Part shown: positions 1 through 13,334 of the stretch, one piece after another
How the letters are laid out: every line of letters starts with the position of its first letter
How positions within the stretch are numbered: the first letter of the stretch is position 1
NCBI RefSeq assembly: GCF_006345805.1
Contig: NC_043000.1
Span: forward strand, 105,276,001-105,340,000
Reading direction: 5' to 3'
Source of the DNA: Octopus sinensis
Lineage: Eukaryota
Length of the DNA: 64,000 bases
Translations under genes and position numbers: made by a program
The notes under the pieces: model-generated
What the model was told of the DNA's origin: nothing
What the model saw: only the letters and a program-made list of their open reading frames with translations
Database searches by the model: none

Positions 1-171
1 TTAATCGTCTTACGTACACGCTCGCACACGCACCATCCTGCACATACAGACTCATACACATATGTATATGTGCATGTACATAGACACACTTTGCCTTATA
101 ATTCACGTCATTTCGTCCTTATATTATCTTTATTACAAATCCTTATATACTGTTATAGTATTGCTCTATAT

Positions 172-320
172 GAGCGATGGCATGGCAGAATCGTTAGTGT
201 TCGACAAAATGCTTCATAGTTTATTTTTCTGATTGCTTATGTTCTGAGTTCAAATCTCTGACTCGTCAGTTTGATCTTTCATCTTTCCGGAGGGGTTATA
301 AAATAAAATACTAGTAATGA
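172..320 (+). mobile_element. Degenerate SINE ('ggcagaatcgttag...gttctgagttcaaat...ctttcatc' family)
   Basis: Same head and core motifs as the better-preserved copy at 35360-35685 and copies near 15250 and 32390. Confidence 0.55.
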
Positions 321-516
321 ACTAAAACCTATGAAATAGACCATTCTTTTCTTTCCAAATTTCTGATCTTAACTCTGTATAAAACCTACGATTTCTGATT
401 TCATACCCGAACTTTTTCTATATATTCGCTCTCTACTTCAATATATCCCATTACTTTGTTAAAATTAACGCTAAGATTTATTCTCGTTATATTAGTGAAA
501 TATATATTTCTATTAG

Positions 517-537
<21 letters not shown>

Positions 538-547
<10 letters not shown>

Positions 548-925
548 GCTGAGTGTTAAGAAGCTTGCTTCCCAAACCACATGGTTCTGGGTTCATTCCC
601 ACTGCATGGCACCTTGGGCAAGTGTCTTCTACTATAACCTCGGGCCGACCAAAGCCTTGTGAGTGGATTTGGTAGACGGAAATTGAAAGAAGCCTGTCAT
701 ATATATATGTGTGTGTATGTGTGTGTGTTTGTCCCCCCACCACCATCGCTTGACAACCGATGTTGGTATGTTTACGTCCCCGTAACATAGCAATTCAGCA
801 AAAGAGGCCGACAGAATAAGTATTAGGCTTACAAAGAATAAGTCCTGGGGTCGATTTGCTCGACTAAAGGCGGTGCTCCAGCATGGCCGCAGTCAAATGA
901 CTGAAACAAGTAAAAGAATAAAAGA
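538..925 (+). mobile_element. Composite tRNA-derived SINE (head 'gtggctgagtgttaagaagcttgcttcccaaaccacatggttc', body 'caccatcgcttgacaaccgatg...gactgaaacaagtaaaaga')
   Basis: A-box/B-box-like head. The same two modules recur in this window (1640-2165, 22790-23220, 34260-34470, 40420-40680, 59640-59835). Confidence 0.75.
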
Positions 926-934
926 ATATACACA

Positions 935-975
<41 letters not shown>

Positions 976-1202
976 AGTGGCATGCATATATGTTTATTAG
1001 TTAAGCTTTTGAATTCAATACAAAAAACATGCCTAGTTTCTCTTATTCAAATATCTCTTTTCATCACAACTGATTTTTACTCTTTCCCCCCTCTCTCCCT
1101 CTCTCTTTCACTCTATTTTTCTTTCGCGCTTGCCTCTGTAATCATCTCTTCTCACCACTTCCTCTCTTTGTATATTTCTTCCTTCTCCCTCCTCTCTTTC
1201 GT

Positions 1203-1237
<35 letters not shown>

Positions 1238-1374
1238 TCTCTCCATTTCTCTCAATTACTTTCACTCATTTCAGCTCTCTTATGCGCTACACAAATGCAC
1301 ATAAATGCACACAACATGCTGCATGCATCCGACGCTAGCTAGCGTAAAAACAAACACCAACCACGTTGCTGCTG

Positions 1375-1407
<33 letters not shown>

Positions 1408-1639
1408 TTACTACTACTGTTGCTGCTGCTGATGCTGCTGCTGCAAGATATTTATTGTAAATATCATATATTACATTACGACATGCCGCTGCTATATTTC
1501 TGCACCCAGCCAGTAAAGTAAGCTTCTCAGCAACCAGCCTGACAGCCAGCCACCCAGTTACGCAGCCACACAGCCAGCTGCAGTCAATGTCAGCCTTTAG
1601 TTTTGACTATCTGTCTCTCATGAAACAACTCAGATTTTC

Positions 1640-2165
1640 GACCCACGAGACACCGTCAGAGAGGTTTCCATCGTTTATCTTTACTTGTTTCATTCACTTG
1701 ACTGCGGCCATGCTGGGACACCGCCTTGGTGGGTTTAGTCGAACAAATCGACTCCAATACCTACTTTTCGTTTTTTAAAACCTGGCACTTATTCTATCGG
1801 ACTCTTTTTTTTTGCCGAACTGCTAGGTTACGGGGGACGTAAACAAACTAACACCGATTGTCAAGCGGTGGTAGGGGACAAATACAACACAAACCCACAC
1901 ACCACACACGCACACGTATATATATATATATATATATCTCACATACACACACACACATGCACACGCACACACTCGCACGCGCACTCGCACTCACATGCGC
2001 GCAGGACGAGCTACTTTCAGTTTCGCCAACCAAATCCACTCACAAGGCTTTGAACGACTCATAGCTATTTTGAAAGACACTTCCCCAAGGCGTTACGCAG
2101 TAGGACTGAACCCAGTACTGCATGGTTGGGAAATCGAGCTTCTCAACTACACAACCACGTATAAG
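1640..2165 (-). mobile_element. Composite SINE, reverse orientation
   Basis: Reverse complement of the modules at 538-925, separated by TA/CA repeats. Confidence 0.7.
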
Positions 2166-3600
2166 CCAACCTTTTTTCCCCCCAATTGTGACCCATTTTG
2201 AGAAATCAATAATCCTCTGCGATTTGCTGTGAATTTTAATTAATTTTAAAAATAATCAAGAATCTGGAAAGAATTAACGAAGTAGCATATTTTGTTTCAT
2301 TTTTTAGTTGGTGTTTGTGTCAAAACTTAGAAGTTTCTTATAATGGAAGGTTTGAATTTATGAATTTAATTATGAATCCTTTACAATAAGTGTCCCCTCA
2401 TAAGTGATCTCGAATTGGTTGGTATCAAAAGGGCTAAAACATGGTACATTCAGTAACTAAGCCAAACTATTTCTGATGGTGCGATGGACATGGCTAGAAA
2501 GACTTGGTGAAGATTACTTGTATATTTATATCCTCGGTGAGAGCTGAGAGATGATGTAACAGTACGAAGCTATTGTTTAATCTTAGAGGATTTATTTTAT
2601 TATTGAATAACTATTTTCTTGTTTTTTTATAAGATTAGTTTAAACACAGACATCTAATAATTTATAAATGCTTCTCTTCGTAAATCTGCAATTAAACAAT
2701 GTAAGCCAGCCTTCAATCTAATAATGAACATATGAAACCCTCGTCTTATTCTATGTGTTCCAATTGTATGCCTTGGAATCATAACACAATGGGTTCTCGC
2801 AGTGAATCCTGTCAGAAATTTTCTGTAACTGATGCTGACCCATTTCTTCAGGTTTTCAAAAATTCTTTTTATGTCTTACAATCAATTCTTTTCATGTCTT
2901 ACAATCTCTTGTTAGAGAAATAATGAAAATATTGATATAGACACTAAATGACTTTGTCTTTCATTCTTTTACGGTTGATAAAATAAGCACCAGTCAAGTA
3001 CTAGGGGTGTTGTAATCAACTAATCCTCTCCTCTCAAATTTCAGTCCTTGTGCCAAAAGTAGAAACAATAAAAATAACAATGGTTTCAATTCTTGGTAGT
3101 TAGACATTGGGCTACAGTCGTGCTGGAACAAAGCCTTCAAATATTTTAGTAGAATATATAAACCCCGATAATTATTTCAGTATTTCTAGTTCATTTTTTT
3201 CGTATTTTATCGACCTGTAGTCATCGAACTGTACTTGACTATGAATACACACACTCATTCATACACACATACACACACGATGGTCATCCGCACATTTTTT
3301 CATCTATCAACTTCCGTTTACAAGGCATTTGTCAACGAGAGATTACATTAAAATAGCATCAAATTAACGCGCAGCAGGGTCGAACCCTGAGCAACGTGGT
3401 TACGATGCCGACTTCTTAATCATTCGGTCTACGCTTCCCTGTTTATTTTTATTATGATATATGAACCCACTTGTGGTACTGCACGAATACGAGTACGAGT
3501 ATCACCTATTGATTATGTTTGTTAATGAACATAGGTATACCATTTCAACTTTTCAGTTTTCGTTCTAAGCTCAACTTCAATCAATGCCATTATATATCTG

Positions 3601-3671
<71 letters not shown>

Positions 3672-3814
3672 TTAAAAACATACAATAAATGCACAAACAA
3701 ACGGGAAACAGACATAGATGGTCACCAATTCTTCATCAGTTATCAGGCCAGCGGGTCAATCGCAATTTTTTGCCATGCAACGCTGTGTACAGCAGAAAAG
3801 AAAATTCTTATTTA

Positions 3815-4340
3815 CAAGTACTATATATCGTTGACTGAATCACTCACTAAACTAATTGAAGACATGACTGATCTCAATTACTGGGATCACCTTAAAGCCT
3901 TGAAACTCTACTCTCTCCAGCGCCGCTGCGAGCGGTACATCATTTGTACGATGTGGAGAATATACCGCCAGCATTGCCCAAATGACCTAAACATTAGTTT
4001 CAAGGTTCATCCAAGGCTGGGACCACGGGCTATACGTCCCCTGCCCAATTCAGGATCACAACATATAAGTACACTGCGACATAATTTTTTTTCCTCAACA
4101 GGCCCTGCCCTGTTTAACATTGTCCCAAAACTGATCAAAGAGGAAAAGGATGCCATCACCTTCAAACGGAGTCTGGAGAGATTTCTTCAAGGAATACCAG
4201 ATAAGCCACCCACACCTGGATGCAACTCACTCAACAAGAACTCACTACTTGAATGGACCATAAACAAAACTTGACTTAAAAAGGATTTAGATAATCCAAT
4301 TAGGTGGTGCTATTAAGATAGATATGGCCTGGACCAATCT
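3815..4340 (+). mobile_element. 3' end of a CR1/L2/Jockey-group LINE (ORF2 C-terminus and 3' UTR)
   Basis: ORF 3519-4274 ends in YWDHLKALKLYSLQRRCERYII...LRHNFFSSTGPALFNIVPKLIKEEKDAITFKRSLERFLQGIPDKP, typical of the post-RT region of these LINEs. The N-terminal part of the ORF is microsatellite. Confidence 0.8.
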
Positions 4341-4498
4341 TTCGTCGAAACATATCTATGTTTTATATATATGGTGCCTGCATCTGCTCGACATACGATA
4401 GGCACCTAAAACAACGCAAACATGGTATATGTTAACAAATCATCCATAATTCTGTGTAACAGCATTGTGTGTGAGAGAGAGAGAGAGAGAATGTGTGT

Positions 4499-4589
<91 letters not shown>

Positions 4590-4870
4590 TGAGTGTGCGT
4601 GCTTGCGTGTGCGTGCGTGTGTGTATAACTTGTGCCTAGCTACGTTTCTGCCGCGTTACCCAGATGTGAAATAAATTTGGTACACAGAAAGTTACAGTAG
4701 TTGATCTTCAGAGCTTGGTGAAGTGAGGCGCGTAAGAAACTAATCGTACTACACAAAAACACCGAACGATCAACCCTCAATGCACTTGAACACAGAACCT
4801 ATACATTTGTAGTCTATTATCTTATTATGTTCACTCGGGCGTTTAAGCTTTCTTTCTTATGTTGTCATAG

Positions 4871-4975
<105 letters not shown>

Positions 4976-5442
4976 TACGTATGTATATGTTAAGTGGTAT
5001 GTTTTGCATACACCATAACATATTTGTGGCTCACTTGATGTTCACTTACCAACAACCGTGGCGAGATCGACACGAGTTCTTCTAGACACCAAAATGAAGT
5101 GGATTTATATGTTTGTTTTTTTGTAATTTATAGTTGTTGTTGTTGTTGTTGTTGTTGCCACTGTCGCCGCCACCTTCCTCATCATCATTATCGTCGTCGT
5201 TTTCAACAGTTTCGTGAGAGTTTCTACTGAGTTGGCAGGTGTGCCTCTGCGTTCCTAGGATGTGTGTGTGTGTGTGCGTGTAGGTAGTATTCGTTTTCTT
5301 TTGAGATGTAGAATTATGTTTGTAACCTACAAATTTAATTTGCTATATTTTGATGTATGGTTTGTTGTTTCGGGCGAATATTTTGGATTTCGTATAATTG
5401 TAAGAATGTATGTGCAAACTGTAAGTTGTGACTAACACACAC

Positions 5443-5486
<44 letters not shown>

Positions 5487-5584
5487 CACACACACACACT
5501 CACTCACTCACACACATTCACATATACAAACACATGTATATATGTGTGTGTGTGTGTGATTGTATATGTGTATGTTTGTGTGAA

Positions 5585-5830
5585 GGCGAATGGTTCAATG
5601 GATAGATCGTCGGACCCCAAATCGTGAGGTTGTGAGTTCGATTTCCGGACCGCACTATGTGTTGTATTCTTCAGCGTTATTTCACAGTCATCTGTAGAAA
5701 TGATTTGCGATGTAACTGGTGTCAAGGTGCATCGGCTTTTGCCTTTCCTTTGGATAACATCAGTAGCATGGAGAGGAGAGACTGGTATGCATGGGCGACT
5801 GCTGGTCTTCCACAAACAACCTTGCTCGGA
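5585..5830 (+). mobile_element. tRNA-derived SINE (third family)
   Basis: Head 'ggcgaatggttcaatggatag...gagttcgatttccgg' has A/B-box-like motifs, followed by a non-tRNA body. Confidence 0.55.
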
Positions 5831-6384
5831 CTATGCTGTGTTAATAATGTGTTGTCCAAGAGAAAGGCAAAGGCCGATACAGCTTGGCAGCAGTGACGTC
5901 GCAACTAGTTTCTACAGACGACGAACTGGAGCGACGTGAAATAAAGTTGAAGGACACAACTCTCAGTGCGGGCCGAGAATCGAACTCATAACTTCACGAT
6001 TTTAAGTCACGATTGTAAGCTCTAAACATTGAGACATGTGCTTTCATACACACACACACAGGTGTATGTGTGTGTGCGCGCGCGTGCCTACACGCACGTG
6101 TTTGTGACAATTTTGCTCATATACTTGGGTAGACGGAAACTGTGTGGAAACCTGTCGGTTACATTTTTACTTGTGATTCAAACGACCAACGTTGTCACAT
6201 TGTTGATCTACCATAGAATTACATTGAAGCTACACATGTTATTAGAATACTTAGTCATTTACATGCTAATACAATGAGCAAGTAATTTAGTTGATCGCAC
6301 AACTGGTTAATCATCGCCGAAACCGATAGAGATCCATTTACTGTTCTTATGTACATTTGCATGTGTGTGTGTAAGTAGCTGTGT

Positions 6385-6535
6385 ATGATCTCGTAATGAC
6401 AATCCTTACATGGATCTTTTCATGGCCCTTTGTGTCGCAGCCAATCGATGGTCTGTCCTCTTCGCTGTAGCCTACACGTCACTTGTACATAAGAACACAG
6501 GTTCGACGGCGTTACTGAAAAGTCTGGCACGTATC
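6385..6535 (-). mobile_element. RTE-type LINE fragment
   Basis: Minus-strand translation ATAKRTDHRLAATQRAMKDP resembles the RTE '...TQRAMERSM' region. Confidence 0.4.
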
Positions 6536-6557
6536 GGTAATGCCTATGTATATATAT

Positions 6558-6609
<52 letters not shown>

Positions 6610-6821
6610 TATATATATGCACACATACATACATGCATACATGTATGTATGAATGTATGTATGTATGTATGTATGTATGTATGGATGGATGGATGCATGC
6701 ATGCATGCATGCATGCATGCATGTATGTATATATACATATATTTTTCTTTTCAGCCATATACATACTTTTCTCCAGATATCTGCTCCTTTCTCCTTTTCC
6801 TCCACTATGGACTTTTTCCTC

Positions 6822-6852
6822 TTTCCGACGAGGAGCCAAGCTCGAAACGTGA
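6822..6852 (+). ncRNA. Degenerate minimal Penelope-type hammerhead motif
   Basis: CCGACGA-G-GAGC-CAA-GCTC-GAAACGTG. U4 is replaced by C and the cleavage position is G, so it is probably inactive. Flanks match the copy at 53738-53768. Confidence 0.45.
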
Positions 6853-6971
6853 TTTCAACTGCTATTTTCCCATTTAAAACTGTCACCAAGCGTCAGTACA
6901 GAATAGTCATCGTTTACGTCTAATTGACTTTTGTCGTTTTTTCTTGTTCCTTTTTATTCTTGATTTGCTTT

Positions 6972-9105
6972 GTCCGCCGCTATAGGCATCGCCGATAAGG
7001 CTCCTTTCCTTGCGCCAGAGAAATAATTTGTTTGCTTGTTATCAGTCGTAAGACACTTGTTGTTGTTTTCACCGTTAATGCTTCTGTATTTCATGTTTCT
7101 GTATTCCATTATTTTTTTGTTTTTTTTTATATTCGTCCCTTTTGCTGTCCTGGTGTCCGTATGCATTCGATCCTTCTTCCAGGAAATCTACGCTCCCAGC
7201 TTAGTTTTTCTAATGCTCGTTGCTTAGTTTTTCTTGGAGGGCTGGCCGTGATCTAGTAATCTCAAGATTAATCAGCCGAAATTACTACGATGATCCGGTT
7301 CTTGACTGAAGACTGAGGGTTTCGAATGTCCTGTCCGTGTTTATTGTATCGTCTTCTAAGAGTTATACGTTCTTGTCCATGTTGTATTTTTCTACATACC
7401 TTAACATATATTCCAGGCGCCACGTACCCTCTTAACATTAATGTGAGCACATATTCTTAATAACTGGTACGACTCTTTGTTTGTCTCTCTCTCTCTCTCA
7501 CTTTTACTTGATCTGTCCCCTTCTCTCTCTACTCATCCTCTTTTTCTCTTCTCTTTCCTCTGATTCTTTGGTCTAATCTTCCACTACCCTCCTAATTCTT
7601 TGTCTCGCTCTGCACTCACAGGTCAATCTTCGACACCCATCCCTTCTCCTCTCTGATTCCTTCTTTCTCTCTCTTCTCTCTCTTTGTTGCGTTTGTCCCT
7701 CCTCTCTCTCTCTCTTCCGTTGCTTCTCTTTCTTTTCTTTTCTCTCTTCTCTGTCACGTGACTGCTGGCCGAAATCTGCCTTTCAGCTTCTGACCAGCGT
7801 CGTGTTAACATCGTTGTTTTTCGTCCGCCGCTATAGGCATCGCCGATAAGGCTCCTTTCCTTGCGCCAGAGAAATAATTTGTTTGCTTGTTATCAGTCGT
7901 AAGACACTTGTTGTTGTTTTCACCGTTAATGCTTCTGTATTCATGTTTCTGTATTCCATTATTTTTTTGTTTTTTTATATTCGTCCCTTTTGCTGTCCTG
8001 GTGTCCGTATGCATTCGATCCTTCTTCCAGGAAATCTACGCTCCCAGCTTAGTTTTTCTAATGCTCGTTGCTTAGTTTTTCTTGGAGGGCTGGCCGTGAT
8101 CTAGTAATCTCAAGATTAATCAGCCGAAATTACTACGATGATCCGGTTCTTGACTGAAGACTGAGGGTTTCGAATGTCCTGTCCTGTCCGTGTTATTGTA
8201 TCGTCTTCTAAGAGTTATACGTTCTTGTCCATGTTGTATTTTTCTATATACCTTAACATATATTCCAGGCGCCACGTACCCTCTTAACATTAATGTGAGC
8301 ACATATTCTTAATAACTGGTACGACTCTTTGTTTGTCTTTCTCTCTCTCTCACTTTTACTTGATCTGTCCCCTTCTCTCTCTACTCATCCTCTTTTTCTC
8401 TTCTCTTTCCTCTGATTCTTTGGTCTAATATTCCACTACCCTCCTAATTCTTTGTCTCGCTCTGCACTCACAGGTCAATCTTCGACACCCATCCCTTCTC
8501 CTCTCTGATTCCTTCTTTCTCTCTCTTCTCTCTCTTTGTTGCGTTTGTCCCTCCTCTCTCTCTCTCTCTTCCGTTGCTTCTCTTTCTTTTCTTTTCTCTC
8601 TTCTCTGTCACGTGACTGCTGGCCGAAATCTGCCTTTCAGCTTCTGACCAGCGTCGTGTTAACATCGTTGTTTTTTTCGTCCGCCGCTATAGCATCGCCG
8701 ATAAGGCTCCTTTCCTTGCGCCAGAGAAATAATTTGTTTGCTTGTTATCAGTCGTAAAACACTTGTTGTTGTTTTCACCGTTAATGCTTCTGTATTTCAT
8801 GTTTCTGTATTCCATTATTTTTTTGTTTTTTTTTATATTCGTCCCTTTTGCTGTCCTGTGTCCGTATGCATTCGATCCTTCTTCCAGGAAATCTACGCTC
8901 CCAGCTTAGATTTTCTAATGCTCGTTGCTTAGTTTTTCTTGGAGGGCTGGCCGTGATCTAGTAATCTCAAGATTAATCAGCCGAAATTACTACGATGATC
9001 CGGTTCTTGACTGAAGACTGAGGGTTTCGAATGTCCTGTCCGTGTTTATTGTATCGTCTTCTAAGAGTTATACGTTCTTGTCCATGTTGTATTTTTCTAC
9101 ATACC

Positions 9106-9109
<4 letters not shown>
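6972..9109 (+). repeat. Tandem array of ~851-856 bp units (2.5 copies) ending at (TA)n
   Basis: 'gtccgccgctata...' starts at 6972, 7823 and 8679. Copies differ mostly by 1-4 bp indels. Confidence 0.92.
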
Positions 9110-9145
<36 letters not shown>

Positions 9146-9146
<1 letters not shown>

Positions 9147-10030
9147 CGGGTGGGTGGAAAGTAACTAGGCATTAGAAATTGCTTATATAATTTTTAGTAT
9201 CACTGAAGTCATGACCAAAACATTTTTTAAACAGACAACGCAAAAGGGGTTTTATATTTTCTTATTGTCGTATTTCTTATTTCTTGTTTTCCAGATGACC
9301 GGTCGCTAAGATAGCAGCACGCTGTGAAGTAAAGAATTCCATTGTTTTGGTTCAGAGATGGTGGCGCGCATGGAAAGGTAAGCATGCAACACTACGTCTG
9401 GAGACAATAAAAAGCTGTCATGCAAAGCTGATGACCACGGGCTCAATGAATACTGTAAGACGCAGTGGCCATCCAACCACATCCTGATCAGTGGAGAATG
9501 TGGCAACAGTGCAGGAAATGTTTAATCGCATACCGCAAAAATCAACACGTCAAGCAGCTCCTGAAAGTGGACTAACAAGACACGCAATACGTACGGTGTT
9601 GGATAAAGAATTGGATTTTCGTCCGTAGAAACCCCATTACGTGCAGGATCTAAAACCTGAAGACTGTGACCGCAGAAGTCCAGAACTCCAGAACTCCAAG
9701 AAGTACAAATCTCACTCCATGTGATTTTTTTCCTGTGGGGTTACATAAAAATAGGTGTACAAGACAAAACCTTGCACATTGGAAGACTTGGCGACACGGT
9801 TTCAAGACGTTCTCAGTATCCAAGACGACGTTCTTCAGATGATTTTTAATTCCTTGCCTGGCACTTTGATGAAACTTGTTGACGCCATCGGTGCTTATGT
9901 TGAAATATGAAGATTTGCTTTCATTTTCCCATCTAATAAAGAATATGTATCATTTGTTTCAATAAATTTGTAAAAGGAATTTGGATTTTATTACCAATTT
10001 TTAATGCCTACTTACTTTTCACCCACCCTA
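9146..10030 (+). mobile_element. Internally deleted Tc1/mariner-superfamily DNA transposon
   Basis: Imperfect ~35-bp TIRs (tcgggtgggtggaaagtaactaggcatta / taatgcctacttacttttcacccacccta), TA on both sides, and remnant 'NLTPCDFFLWGYIK' (SPDLTPxDFFLWG motif) near 9710-9750. Confidence 0.85.
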
Positions 10031-10571
10031 TATAATCCAGATAGTAGACGTTTCGGTAGAGCTTCGGATAACATACCTTGCGGAATTAAGTTACACTCCT
10101 TTACATTCTGAATTTACATCCTATTCAAGTCAACTTTGCGTTTTATCCTTCTTAGCTGGCTAAAATAATACCAGTCAAATGTTCGGGCTCGATTAAAACA
10201 ATGTTGTCCAACATACTTTATTTAAAAAAAGCACCGTGTGATCACATACATAAGTTGCAAATCGCAGGGATCGATAAGGTAAAGTACATAACCAGCATGG
10301 CCACAGCTCATAAGCTGAAACTGGAATCAATCAATCAATCAAACCGACCAATCACCGCCACCACCCCTCAACATAGCTGGCCATGCGCCTAAATTAAAAA
10401 TAATTATTAACAATACAGTCTCTTGGTCTATTTCCATTACCACCCACACTTAACGATAGTTAGGTTTCTGCAGAAACTCAAAAATGTTTTGCTTTTTTTT
10501 CTACATTCGTTCCTTCCAGAACACAGAAAATATCACGAATGGGAGGTATAAACTGCCTGAAATGACAAATA

Positions 10572-10655
<84 letters not shown>

Positions 10656-10919
10656 GCAGTGTGGAAGACTGTACATGCATCTGTAGTGAACACTTTCAGA
10701 CGGAACTTTTGAGGTAACAATAACAAACTGATAACATCAAGCAGAGGGTATAATGAACGCATTTGGAACCCACTCATTTTGTAACTAAAACCGTTTAATA
10801 ATGCTGTCTGTAAACATAAAAACGGCTTCCACTACACATACACAAACACACACACACACACACACACACACAACACAACACAACAAACACACACACACTA
10901 CACACATTTACACATGAGC

Positions 10920-12480
10920 ATTCCTTGAGTTACGGAATTCCACGTTCCCGAAAGCCTCGCATAACGCTGAATTCGAGTAACGCGAAATCTATTTCTACAT
11001 TGATTTCCATGCTATATATTAACATGCGTTCATATTGAAATATTTCTAAAGAAAAAATAATAAGCAAACAGTACAACTACAATTTTTAAGCATACACAGT
11101 ACAGTATGTATACATAAAATCATTGAAAAATACACGAGGGAATAATTAAGAATACAGTAATATCGTAATACAAAATGTATCCACCGTAAATGATGTCGAC
11201 TGCTGTGTGAGAGTTAATGGGAAGGAAGGAGGGTACAAACTTCTGCCTTGTAAGTTATCATCAGCATCTGTTTCAAGAGTGAAGAACTTCAAACTTGTTT
11301 AATGTTTAAACCGCACTATCTCTGTTCCTTCACTGTCAGTGAAGGAGTGGAGCACATAATGAACTTCTCTTGTACTTTCGTGCTACGTTCACTTTTAGGA
11401 TCATTATTAACAAAGACTTGTGTATCTTTCTCAATAAGTGCCAATCAGTTAGCTATATTCTTTGCAGTTAACTGGAGTGGAGTGTATGGTACAGCTATAT
11501 CTTCTTGCCCTGCTGCTTACTTTTGTTCTAACTTCATCAACTACTCTTCAGACACTTTCTGTACAGGGCCTTAAATGTCAACCATATCAGCTTCTACGAC
11601 TTTCTGTACAGGGCCTTAAATGTCAACCATATCAGCTTCTACGACTTCTTGAAGCCCTACTTGATGAACTTGGCGACACTTTTTACTGGAAAGCTATGGA
11701 TATGGTCTGGCCATGTTTTTTGCAAATACCATTTAGAGCTAAACGCTTTACTTAATGTCAAGACTCGCGAGTATCTGTAAGGTTGGATTTCTTCCAGTAG
11801 TTCTCTAACTCTAGATTTATCTTCCCCATCAGTTGCTTTTTCTAATTCTTTCTAAAATCCCTATGATTATAAACCTTGAAGTTAGCTATCGTACAATGAC
11901 CCATTGGTTGAAACAAAGAAGTTGTGTTCTTGGGGATATATTCCCCTCTTAGATTATCAGAAAAATCACTCAAGTTGGTTAGAGGTTTGGTGAATTGTCT
12001 AAAAGAAGCAATACTTATTTTGGAAATATTACACCTAGCCCTGTAAGACAACGGTAAGATTGTAAAGCAGTCTAGGAAAAAGCTATTAGTCATTCAAACC
12101 CTCTTATTTAACGCCAAATCATGGGGAGATAAAATTTATCCCACCCCTTGATCACTTTTGGGTTTGGGGAATGATATACAAGAAAAGACTTTAATTTCAT
12201 AACACCAGCAGTATTTCCTTTCACAGAAAAAACGTCAAACAGTTTTTGGAAGCTTTAAAACCTGAAATTTCACCTTCCACTTTCTGCAAAACGCCATACA
12301 AGCTTTTAACTTTCGCTTGAATCATCGTGTTTCTCAGCACATTGCATCCATTCTGATCGTCGATTGAGACTCTCAATTTTAAGCAACACTTCAGACAATA
12401 ATGAAAAATCAAATCTCAAGCTTCTAACGGATTATATACTTGAGCAGTTTCATTTTGTTTTTATCGTCACGTACTGTTCC
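10920..12480 (-). mobile_element. Decayed pogo/Tigger transposon
   Basis: Minus-strand pieces 'TMIQAKVKSLYGVLQKVEGEISGFKASK' (CENP-B-type HTH), 'PKNTTSLFQPMGHCTIANFKVY' (DDE_1) and 'NNDPKSERSTKVQ' (C-terminus). Many stops. Confidence 0.8.
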
Positions 12481-13143
12481 TTCTATAGACGTTGCAACCT
12501 TTTTATTTTTATATATTTTTAGTATGACTGAATTCTTCTATGACAACCCATTATAAAACATGAAATTTAATGTTCAGTATAATTCCTTTACGACTCCTTT
12601 TCGCGCTACTGCCTTCACTTCCACTTGACAGTATCTATCCAGTCATCTTAAATAAGGGTAATACGTTATAATTTACGCATTTGTGGTCAGATCTAACAGT
12701 ATTGGTGACAAAGAAAATTAACACCAAATAGTAAAACAGTTGAATCCGAGAAAAGCAGCGATGTTCTGGAACAGCAAAAAGTAACAGCCTTATTAATTCG
12801 GGCGAAAAATATAAATGAGAAAGTGAAAGAGATGAAGATATGAAGTGGGAGAAAGTTCTGTTTGATTGAATTTTGCAATAAGATACAGGTCAGATGAATT
12901 GATATAGATACACAAAAGTGGTGAGGGGTACAAAACAGGGGCGATAGAGGCTTGCAAGTATATCGAGTTCAATGAAAAACAAGATCAGAGGGATTGGCCC
13001 ACGGACATCAGACAATGTGGGAACGGAAGAGGGAACATGTATATGCTGGTGATATTTTCAAAAATACGTATCATGAGTTTAATCTTTAAAATCATTCAGA
13101 TTTATCTGAGTTTCGATTTACAGGCTGTATCCCGAAATTCAGG

Positions 13144-13187
<44 letters not shown>

Positions 13188-13334
13188 ATGTATGTATGTA
13201 TGCATGTATGTATGTATGTATGTATGTATGTATGTATGTATGTATGTATGTATGTATGTATGTATGTATGTATGCATGTATGTATGTATGTATGTATGTA
13301 TGTATGTATGTATGTATGTACAGCTACATAAAGA

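Noticed and set aside
2230-2920. Possible decayed mariner-type transposase
   Set aside because: Only vague similarity; no diagnostic motif or TIR could be established by eye.
7300-7335. CTGAAGA...CGAA as an intact hammerhead in the 850-bp unit
   Set aside because: No GAAA, no closing stem II and no stem I/III found; kept only as a partial motif.
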